Positions 41,142 through 48,619 of a DNA stretch of 54,006 bases are shown piece by piece. The position numbers and the translations under genes are program-made. Under the pieces are notes generated by a model. The model was not told the origin of the DNA, made no database searches, and was given only the letters and a program-made list of their open reading frames with translations. The stretch is from a virus (taxonomy: Duplodnaviria; Heunggongvirae; Uroviricota; Caudoviricetes): IMG/VR virus record IMGVR_UViG_2718218355_000004; one strand, given 5' to 3'. Position 1 is the stretch's first letter. Each line of letters opens with the position of its first letter.

Positions 41142-43145
41142 TTAACGAACCAGATGCAGGAAGTGCAGGTGTTTTTCGTACTGGTCCAGTATGTCATTAA
41201 TCAGCTGTTCCTGATTCCAGCCCATTACATCATAATTTTGGCCGCCCTCTTTGAGATAGACTTCAGCGCGATAATATCGATGTTGTTCACTCTGCTGCTC
41301 ATCATTATCCAGCGCAGCGAGCGCGAAGGTCGGTGAGTTATACCCGCGAAGCCTCACTTCATATATATAATTCAGCTCGTTGCCCAAATCGACTTCAAGG
41401 CGAATACGATCCTCGGCGGCGTCACTGATGTGGCTTATCGTTCCCTGCTTGTTAAGTTCCTCCTGAACCAGCGTCATGGCGGGTTGGATAATGTCGTCCA
41501 TAAAACGTTTCACAAGAGAGCGCTTCGGCAAATACGCGATATTGCGTAACCTTCTCTGCCAGGGAATTGGGTTACGTGCAGCCGTAGGAGCAATAGTCGC
41601 CATGCTAAGGCTTTCACGCTTGGTCAAATCCCGACGCAGGGCTTTTAACAGTCCGTATATGGATATTAATAAGATAACTGAGAAGGGCAATGCACTCGCT
41701 ATCGTTACGGTTTGCAACGCACTCAGCCCCCCTGCGATCAGCAGGGCAATAGCAACAACGCCCATGAGCGATGCCCAGAAAATTCGCTGCCAGACGGGCG
41801 TGTTTGCCACCCCACCTGATGCCAGAGTATCCACAACCATTGCCCCCGAATCAGCAGACGTTACAAAGAAGACGATGACCATCGCCATTGCAATGAATGA
41901 CAGCACGGAAGAGAACGGGAAATGCTCCAGGAAATTAAACAGGGCAAGCGCAACATCCTGCTGAACGGTATTGGCGAGGTCAGTGGCGCCCTGGTTCATG
42001 ATGAGATAGATGGCGCTGTTTCCAAACACCGTCATCCACATGAGCGTAAAGCCGGCGGGAACAAACAACACGCCAGTCACGAACTCACGAATTGTCCTGC
42101 CGCGGGAAACGCGTGCAATGAACATACCTACAAACGGCGACCATGAAAGCCACCATCCCCAGTATAATAATGTCCAGCCCCCCAGCCAGTTGCTCGACTT
42201 GGGTTCATACGCGTAAAGGTTGAACGTTTTACTCACCAGTTCCGACAGATAACCACCCGTATTTTCCACAAATGACTTCAGCAGAAGCACAGTGGGACCC
42301 AGGCACAAGACCAGCGCCAGGAGCAACACCGCCAGGCCCAGATTAAGCTCAGACAGGATGCGTATTCCCTTGTCCAGGCCGGACACCACCGAAATCGTCG
42401 CTAACCCCGTGATGACCACGATCAAAATGACCTGTACCGTTTCATTGATGGGCACGCCGAAAAGATGGTTCAAACCGGCATTCACCTGCAATACACCGTA
42501 ACCCAGCGATGTTGCAACGCCAAAGACAGTGCCTATCACGGCGAAGATATCAACCGCGTGGCCTATAGGCCCGTAAATGCGATCGCCGATAATGGGATAG
42601 AGCGCAGAACGCAGCGTTAAAGGCAGACCGTGACGGTAACTGAAAAAGGCCAGAATCAGCGCCACGATGGCATAAATTGCCCATGCGTGCAGACCCCAGT
42701 GGAAGAACGTCAGGCGCATGGCTTCCTTCGCTGCCGCAACGGTCTCTGGAGTGCCGACAGGTGGCGAAAGATAATGCATCACAGGTTCGGCAACGCCAAA
42801 GAACATCAGGCCGATCCCCATCCCTGCCGAAAAAAGCATCGCGAACCAGGAGTGGTAGCTGAAATCAGGCTGCGCATGGTCTGGGCCCAGCTTTATATCA
42901 CCGTAACGTGAGAGTCCAAGGAACGTGACGCTCAGTAAAATCAGGGCCACAGCAAGTATGTAGAACCAGCTGGCATTCGTGAAGATTTGTTGCTGAAGTA
43001 GTTTAAAATTTTTGTCGGCGACATCCGGGAATACGGCGGCAAAGGCGACAAGAAGGAAAATTAGCAAAGCAGATGTAAAGAATACCGCTTTGTTAATCTG
43101 GCTTGTAGACTTCTTTGGGGTTGTATCATTTTCACTCATAATCAT
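41142..43145 (-). CDS. BCCT-family transporter, BetT-like (choline/betaine/carnitine)
   Basis: 667 aa; BCCT transmembrane core with conserved Trp-rich motif (WTLLYWGWWLSWSPFVGMFIARVSRGRTIREF) and long C-terminal cytoplasmic extension like BetT. Confidence 0.85.
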   Translation of the reverse strand: MIMSENDTTPKKSTSQINKAVFFTSALLIFLLVAFAAVFPDVADKNFKLLQQQIFTNASWFYILAVALILLSVTFLGLSRYGDIKLGPDHAQPDFSYHSWFAMLFSAGMGIGLMFFGVAEPVMHYLSPPVGTPETVAAAKEAMRLTFFHWGLHAWAIYAIVALILAFFSYRHGLPLTLRSALYPIIGDRIYGPIGHAVDIFAVIGTVFGVATSLGYGVLQVNAGLNHLFGVPINETVQVILIVVITGLATISVVSGLDKGIRILSELNLGLAVLLLALVLCLGPTVLLLKSFVENTGGYLSELVSKTFNLYAYEPKSSNWLGGWTLLYWGWWLSWSPFVGMFIARVSRGRTIREFVTGVLFVPAGFTLMWMTVFGNSAIYLIMNQGATDLANTVQQDVALALFNFLEHFPFSSVLSFIAMAMVIVFFVTSADSGAMVVDTLASGGVANTPVWQRIFWASLMGVVAIALLIAGGLSALQTVTIASALPFSVILLISIYGLLKALRRDLTKRESLSMATIAPTAARNPIPWQRRLRNIAYLPKRSLVKRFMDDIIQPAMTLVQEELNKQGTISHISDAAEDRIRLEVDLGNELNYIYEVRLRGYNSPTFALAALDNDEQQSEQHRYYRAEVYLKEGGQNYDVMGWNQEQLINDILDQYEKHLHFLHLVR

Positions 43146-43479
43146 TTATTCCATTAATTAAATCCGCACTGGATAGAAGGTACTACCTCTCACAGAGTAG
43201 CAAAGTTCAACTGGCTATGCGGGGTTAATCGGAATGCATGGTGGAATGAGTGCCGATACAAATCATCCTATATTCTAAGGAGTTTTAAGTTACTCAGCCT
43301 GCCAATTACTGGGGCATTTAATTTGTATGATCTGTATCAAAGCTGGGATATAAGTTAAGTGAAGTATATTAGGCACGAATTACCAGCGTCTGCTCTTGGC
43401 ACAAAGCGGACAACCACGCTAGCTCTACCCTGTGCCACAAAATGTCAATTTGCATCTGAACTAATGCACTTTAATCTCG

Positions 43480-43902
43480 TCACTTCAATAAATACCGAAC
43501 ATCCCCCTGATAAAACGACAATATGCGCTGCATAACTTCGCTCTTCCGGCACTCGCGACAGATTATGTTTAGGCGACTGTCGTAGCGACGTATTTCTCCG
43601 TCAGGTAATGACCAGATAAGGTCCGGATCAACCACAACCGGTTTCTTCAGCTTTGCCCTCGATAATTTTTTGCGGGCATTTTGCCAGTCTTTACGAGCCT
43701 GTTCAGACGGGAATAACCCGTAGCCAGAATTGTATACATCGCCACTGGCAACCAGCTCTCTGGCCAGAACGCTCATCAGATATCTTGTTGCCCCAGTTTT
43801 AGCTTCCAGTTGTCGTAACGTCTCGCGCCCACTCTGGCGTACGAGTTCAAGAACCTGCCCTTTAATTTTTTCCCGCTCTTCTTGTGTAAAAACTTTTGCC
43901 AC
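43480..43902 (-). CDS. Hypothetical protein (140 aa), possible winged-helix
   Basis: GTG start with AGGAGG SD; sits immediately after the replication initiator gene, where lambdoid phages usually encode a helicase loader, but shows no ATPase motifs. Confidence 0.4.
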   Translation of the reverse strand: MAKVFTQEEREKIKGQVLELVRQSGRETLRQLEAKTGATRYLMSVLARELVASGDVYNSGYGLFPSEQARKDWQNARKKLSRAKLKKPVVVDPDLIWSLPDGEIRRYDSRLNIICRECRKSEVMQRILSFYQGDVRYLLK

Positions 43903-43942
43903 AAGCCCTCCTGAAAATTACCTCATGACCAGAAATTAACAC

Positions 43943-45013
43943 TTACCCCCTGAAGCCCGGCGGAATTTCGTTATCCGGTTCAGAAATATGATTCACACAA
44001 CGCTGGTTGTTCGTGCCGCTTACCGGGAGCAACCAGGGGTTCTCAAAATTCCGGTCCGGTCCAAAAAACGTCGTCGCTCGCTGAACAAATTCCGTTCCCG
44101 TTTTCCCGGTAGCCGCCAAGTATCTTGCGTAACGCCTCACGCCATCCAGCATGGCCTCTGGTGGCACCCCCTCGCGTAATCTGGCCTTCCAGGCACTGAA
44201 AGCGGATTTCTTCGGGTTTGCCCCAGCACGCAACGGGTACTCCCGCCAGACCTGTTCGAACACATCCGGATAATCCACTCGTCCCACAGACTGCCCGGTG
44301 TTTTCCGGGACTACCCGATCGGCTTCCCGCTGAATGGCGGAATCGGCTTCAGGCTGCTGCAGTTGGTGTGATTGCTCCGCCCTTGCGGTCATCACCTGCT
44401 GCACAGCGCCCGAATCGGCTTTCAGCGCATACGCTGAATCGGCTTCCGGTGTCGTGCCTGCTGGCTGACCAAGATTGACGGTCTGAACATCCCCTGCCTG
44501 GTTCGTGGCGTTTTTTACGCCATGGACCATAGTGTTTTGATCTTCTTGATCTGTATCTTTATCTGTATCTTTATCTGTCGTGACTCGTCGTGACATGTGC
44601 GTGACATTTCGTGACGCGCCGTGACAATCGCCATTTTGTTCCCGCTTTCTTTCCCTCTCTCGCTGCGCCCTCTTGCGCTCTGCAGGAGATTTTGCGGTTT
44701 GCGAAATATTGCCGTTGTCCTCTTTAAGCACCTGGCGTTTTTCCCATCCAGTGATTAAATCACCATCAAGTACCCGCCCCTGCATCGTCTGCAAAATTGA
44801 ATCAATTACCTCTTCTGTCACGTCGAGCGCACTTGCCAAATCTTCTGTCGTGACATCAATGTGACCTCGCGTGACATTTCGTGACGCGCTCACCAGGAGG
44901 TGGATATACACTGCCATCACTGTTGCAATTGGCTGTCCTGACACCCTGGCAATTGTTCGCCACTTAGGGTCATTTGGCATGTCATGCCATAATCTGAGCC
45001 AGGCGTTAGCCAT
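43943..45013 (-). CDS. Replication initiator / replisome organizer protein
   Basis: N-terminal MANAWLRLWHDMPNDPKW resembles replisome-organizer N-domains; gene contains two iteron arrays; lies directly after the cro-like ydaS/ydaT pair. Confidence 0.6.
   Translation of the reverse strand: MANAWLRLWHDMPNDPKWRTIARVSGQPIATVMAVYIHLLVSASRNVTRGHIDVTTEDLASALDVTEEVIDSILQTMQGRVLDGDLITGWEKRQVLKEDNGNISQTAKSPAERKRAQRERERKREQNGDCHGASRNVTHMSRRVTTDKDTDKDTDQEDQNTMVHGVKNATNQAGDVQTVNLGQPAGTTPEADSAYALKADSGAVQQVMTARAEQSHQLQQPEADSAIQREADRVVPENTGQSVGRVDYPDVFEQVWREYPLRAGANPKKSAFSAWKARLREGVPPEAMLDGVRRYARYLAATGKTGTEFVQRATTFFGPDRNFENPWLLPVSGTNNQRCVNHISEPDNEIPPGFRG
44578..44624. repeat. Iteron array 1 (5 x CGTGAC at 10-11 bp phasing), putative ori
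   Basis: CGTGAC at 44578, 44588, 44599, 44609, 44619, preceded by AT-rich TATCTTTATCTG repeats at 44548-44577. Confidence 0.6.
44859..44895. repeat. Iteron array 2 (4 x (C/T)GTGAC at 10-11 bp phasing)
   Basis: Copies at 44859, 44870, 44880, 44890; the two arrays encode the repeated peptide SRNVT..VTT in the initiator. Confidence 0.55.
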
Positions 45014-45084
45014 ACTCACCTCTTTTGATACCGAATCTTTTTACTCACAAATTGCCGGAAGTGATCCGGTATGAATATTGCGAG

Positions 45085-45510
45085 TCAATGCACAGCCACA
45101 ATATTTCCTGCAGGGCCACCACGATTCATCTGGTTGAAACCAGCGATCGCCACTGCGACAAAATCATCAGCGTCTCTCACCAGTCGTTCCCGCGTCTCCA
45201 CTAGTTCCCGAAAATAGGCTGAGCTATGGCTGCGCATTCGGGCCACCAGCAGAGGTGGCATTGCTTTTTCGATAGCTGGTAACAACGCCTGAATTTTTTC
45301 AACTGCATCAGGGGTGTCTTTCTCTACCCAGCGGAAAATTTTCTGGGTATTGCGAGCCAGGGCTTCCGGATGGCTGTCGTCATACAGTTCTGGGAACGTC
45401 ATACCCAGTTCAAAATAAGCCCTGGTTATTTCAGCTGCCGGAACTTTTTCACCGTCCGGATGCGCCCAGGCATTCATCGCCATGCGGATGTGTTCATGCT
45501 TGATTTTCAT
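45085..45510 (-). CDS. ydaT: YdaT-like protein (cro-operon, toxic when derepressed)
   Basis: 141 aa; ATG overlapping the 3' end of ydaS; matches my recollection of Rac YdaT. Confidence 0.7.
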   Translation of the reverse strand: MKIKHEHIRMAMNAWAHPDGEKVPAAEITRAYFELGMTFPELYDDSHPEALARNTQKIFRWVEKDTPDAVEKIQALLPAIEKAMPPLLVARMRSHSSAYFRELVETRERLVRDADDFVAVAIAGFNQMNRGGPAGNIVAVH

Positions 45511-45775
45511 GAATCAAGCTCCTAGAAAGTGGTTGTGTTAACATTTTGGTATCTTCCAGCTCGGGCCAAATATTCATCCAATCAAAAGGCCTTAGTTGCT
45601 GACGTGTAACTTCACCATTACTGGCTCGCTCAATAAGGACACATAACGATGCCCCTAACACTTGACCTTTACTCAATGCCTTTCTTAGATAACCGATGCT
45701 GGTACCACACTCGCATGCAAACATACGCTGTTCATCTGACGAAAGAGAATTGAGAAATATTCTTAATTCTTCCAT
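45494..45775 (-). CDS. ydaS: Cro-like HTH protein YdaS
   Basis: 93 aa with HTH (ECGTSIGYLRKALSKGQ); divergent from the repressor gene across an operator region. Confidence 0.65.
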   Translation of the reverse strand: MEELRIFLNSLSSDEQRMFACECGTSIGYLRKALSKGQVLGASLCVLIERASNGEVTRQQLRPFDWMNIWPELEDTKMLTQPLSRSLIHENQA

Positions 45776-45804
45776 AGCTACTCCTTAGTAAACACAGCAA
45801 AGAA

Positions 45805-45880
45805 TACCCATAGGTAAACAAAAGTCAATACCCACAGGTTGTTTACCTTGCAGTAATCGCATCTATTATTTACCTATGGA
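45805..45880. promoter_or_regulatory. OR-like divergent promoter/operator region
   Basis: Three copies of a 12-bp operator-like motif: TACCCATAGGTA (45805-45816), TACCCACAGGTT (45829-45840), TACCTATGGA (45871-45880, overlapping the repressor start codon), plus inverted repeat TAGGTAAACA / TGTTTACCT. Confidence 0.5.
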
Positions 45881-46295
45881 CAAATATGAATTTAGACGAC
45901 AGCAACTCATCAAAATTCGTGATGAGAAATGCGATGGTAAAGCGGTTAACGTGGCCAGAAAGATCGGGCGCGAGCCTTCTTATGTATCAAGAATGTTGTA
46001 CCCAGAGGGGAAAAAGGGAAAAAAACGGATCGCTGATGATATGGTGGAGATTATCGAAGAGTCCTTTGGGTTACCCCGGGGATGGATGGATGGTATCGTT
46101 TCATCATCAACGAACACAGCCTCCAGTTATGAAACAAGGGTTCTAACGCCACGACAACGTATTTTTTTAGATCTCTTAGACGAACTGCCAGAAAGTGAAG
46201 CGGATAACTTATTAAAAACTCTTGAAGAGAAAAAACAGTATTACAATATGATCTACGAAGAAATCCGTAAAAAGAAAGCACAAAACGCATCATAG
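45876..46295 (+). CDS. racR: Prophage repressor (CI-like HTH), RacR-like
   Basis: 139 aa with HTH (VNVARKIGREPSYVSRML); divergent from ydaS/ydaT; operators on both sides. Confidence 0.55.
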   Translation: MDKYEFRRQQLIKIRDEKCDGKAVNVARKIGREPSYVSRMLYPEGKKGKKRIADDMVEIIEESFGLPRGWMDGIVSSSTNTASSYETRVLTPRQRIFLDLLDELPESEADNLLKTLEEKKQYYNMIYEEIRKKKAQNAS

Positions 46296-46327
46296 CTCAC
46301 CAAACAACTAGTCACCAGTTAAGACAC

Positions 46328-46365
46328 CGCAAAAAGTTACCCATGGGTATTTACTTTTTAAATAC
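46328..46365. promoter_or_regulatory. OL-like operator pair downstream of the repressor gene
   Basis: Perfect 12-bp palindrome TACCCATGGGTA (46328-46339) and TACCTATGGGTA (46354-46365), the latter the reverse complement of the OR site at 45805. Confidence 0.5.
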
Positions 46366-46549
46366 CTATGGGTATCCTTCTTTTCATACCAACCCACCCC
46401 GCCCCACAGAATGCAGGGCAATACTTCGAGTTACCAGGCAGTGGTCAGGGGTTAAGTAGCCAGCCCGAGGCGTAAGAACATGACGGCGGGATTCAAATTT
46501 TGCAGTGCAGCAGTTAGTTCCGCCACCCGGCGTTAAGGGGAGAGATAAG

Positions 46550-46684
46550 ATGGTGCATTACGAAGTAGTTCAGTATTTGATGGATTGTTGCGGTATCACT
46601 TACAACCAGGCTGTGCAGGCTTTACGCAGCAACGACTGGGATCTCTGGCAGGCAGAAGTCGCTATACGTAGCAACAAGATGTGA
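46550..46684 (+). CDS. Small prophage protein (44 aa)
   Basis: ATG with AAGGGGAGAG SD; MVHYEVVQYLMDCCGITYNQAVQALRSNDWDLWQAEVAIRSNKM; not in supplied track; resembles small Rac ORFs (ydaF/ydaG region). Confidence 0.4.
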   Translation: MVHYEVVQYLMDCCGITYNQAVQALRSNDWDLWQAEVAIRSNKM

Positions 46685-46694
46685 GATTCGCAAA

Positions 46695-46850
46695 ATGCAA
46701 AAAATCGACCTCGGCAACAACGAATCCCTGGTGTGCGGCGTGTTCCCCAACCAGGATGGAACGTTCACTGCCATGACGTATACCAAAAGCAAAACATTTA
46801 AAACCGAAACTGGTGCGCGCCGATGGTTGGAGAAGCACACAGTAAGCTAA
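46695..46850 (+). CDS. Small prophage protein (51 aa)
   Basis: ATG ORF MQKIDLGNNESLVCGVFPNQDGTFTAMTYTKSKTFKTETGARRWLEKHTVS immediately after the 44-aa ORF; not in supplied track. Confidence 0.4.
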   Translation: MQKIDLGNNESLVCGVFPNQDGTFTAMTYTKSKTFKTETGARRWLEKHTVS

Positions 46851-47335
46851 CGATTAAAACGTCTACTCCTGCTGTTCCAGAATAACTTCATAAAATGGGA
46901 GTATTTTTCGGTGACGAGATAATAAGAACAGTTTGCGCTATCACTCTGATGTTGAATGATGCCCTTCCGTTCTAATTTTTTCATAACCGGGTTACGGCAA
47001 GGAGAAGTGATAATAAGATTTCCTGTTTTAAGGAAATCTTTAAATACAGCGATTTCTTTCTCAGATAAACGAAGCAATACTCGTTGCTCTGGTAGTAATG
47101 AATAATGCTTTTGAATATGTGCTCGCAATCTTGAGAAGGAAATGGCGACCACGAAAGAAAAGGCAAAAACGATAATCTGAAAGAGCCAAGGTATTTCAGT
47201 ATAAGCATTGAATGCGACAGTAAACTCTTTCGGTATCAGCCAGAGAGTGAGACCAAAAATGATAATCGTATACATAAGTCTTTCGAGTGGCTCGTTAGCA
47301 AAAAGTTTCAACAATGGAGTAAATACATCCAACAT
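46847..47335 (-). CDS. sieB: Superinfection exclusion protein B
   Basis: Start at MLDVFTPLLK; 162 aa with two TM helices. Confidence 0.85.
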   Translation of the reverse strand: MLDVFTPLLKLFANEPLERLMYTIIIFGLTLWLIPKEFTVAFNAYTEIPWLFQIIVFAFSFVVAISFSRLRAHIQKHYSLLPEQRVLLRLSEKEIAVFKDFLKTGNLIITSPCRNPVMKKLERKGIIQHQSDSANCSYYLVTEKYSHFMKLFWNSRSRRFNR

Positions 47336-47776
47336 ATCAATAACTCTCAACTGTAAGGGTATTGAAATGTTAACACAAGCTCTCGCTGTAGGGGTATAGC
47401 CGAGACCACCGAAGCCCGGAGGTGGTGAAATAAAACCGGGCACAACACGAAGGCGCATTTCCGATATCCATAAAGAGTCGGTCTTGTCTGTTAAATTTAA
47501 ATGGTGGGAGTGCGCCTCCGGTTGTAAATAACGACATTGCTGTGTGTAGTCCTGGCGGCATCAGTTTTTTTCTTGAAGTTCGGCTGATGTCCGCCCTTTT
47601 TAAAGTGAATTTTGTGATGCGGTGAATGCGGCTAAGCGCACGTGGCACAGTTAAAAGTCATGTTAGTCCTTATTGGTTTGAGTGGGAAAGCCGACTGTAA
47701 TTGTTAACTGGTTGCAGTCACCTGGAGGCACCAGACACCGCATCAACAAAGTTCATTTGTAAAAATGGAGATAATT

Positions 47777-47998
47777 ATGATTGCACATCACTTCGGAACT
47801 GATGAAATACCACGTCAGTGTGTGACTCCTGGCGATTATGTTCTTCATGAAGGCCGGACATATATTGCCTCGGCAAACAATATTAAAAAGCGAAAACTAT
47901 ATATTCGTAACCTGACCACAAAAACATTCATTACTGACCGCATGATTAAAGTCTTCCTCGGTCGTGATGGTTTACCTGTAAAGGCGGAGTCATGGTGA
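47777..47998 (+). CDS. kilR: Killing protein KilR (FtsZ inhibitor)
   Basis: 73 aa from ATG at [10 protein letters not shown]; first gene of the early-left operon. Confidence 0.8.
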
Positions 47999-48168
47999 TG
48001 ACTAAGAAAATAAAATGTGCTTACCACCTTTGCAAAAAAGACGTTGAAGAAAGCAAAGCTATTGAAAGAATGCTTCACTTCATGCACGGGATTTTATCAA
48101 AAGACGAACCGAGAAAATATTGCAGTGAAGCTTGTGCCGAAAAAGACCAGATGGCACATGAACTTTAA
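47998..48168 (+). CDS. ydaE: Small zinc-ribbon protein YdaE (56 aa)
   Basis: ATG overlapping the kilR stop; [14 protein letters not shown]...CSEACAEKDQMAHEL with two Cys pairs; not in supplied track. Confidence 0.6.
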   Translation: MTKKIKCAYHLCKKDVEESKAIERMLHFMHGILSKDEPRKYCSEACAEKDQMAHEL

Positions 48169-48242
48169 TTAATTGACTATTCGAAACTGAATTTATGCCA
48201 GAAATGGCAGGTATTCGCTCAACCTTAATTAAGGAGAAAAAC

Positions 48243-48518
48243 ATGATTACCAATTATGAAGCCACTGTTGTAACTACCGATGACATTGTTCACGAGGTGA
48301 ATCTGGAAGGAAAGCGCATTGGCTACGTAATTAAAACAGAAAATAAAGAAACCCCATTCACTGTGGTTGATATCGATGGTCCATCAGGCAACGTAAAAAC
48401 ACTTGATGAAGGTGTCAAAAAAATGTGCCTGGTGCATATCGGAAAGAATCTGCCCGCAGAAAAAAAAGCCGAATTTCTGGCAACTCTAATTGCAATGAAA
48501 TTAAAAGGTGAAATCTGA
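48243..48518 (+). CDS. racC: RacC protein
   Basis: 91 aa from ATG at MITNYEATVV; immediately upstream of recE. Confidence 0.7.
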   Translation: MITNYEATVVTTDDIVHEVNLEGKRIGYVIKTENKETPFTVVDIDGPSGNVKTLDEGVKKMCLVHIGKNLPAEKKAEFLATLIAMKLKGEI

Positions 48519-48619
48519 AAGAAATAGCCTGCGTATGGCGCAGGCTATGAACAGTGTGTATCCGGCAAGATCATTCACTGAACAAAACGAATTTTAATCT
48601 GAGTTGAGGTTAAAAAACA

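Noticed and set aside
41476-41964. 162-aa plus-strand ORF
   Set aside because: Antisense within the BCCT transporter gene.
39721-43420. Possible sigma-54 promoters at the TGGCAC repeats
   Set aside because: TGGCAC is present but the required TTGC(A/T) element 5 bp downstream is absent in both copies, so they are reported only as direct repeats.
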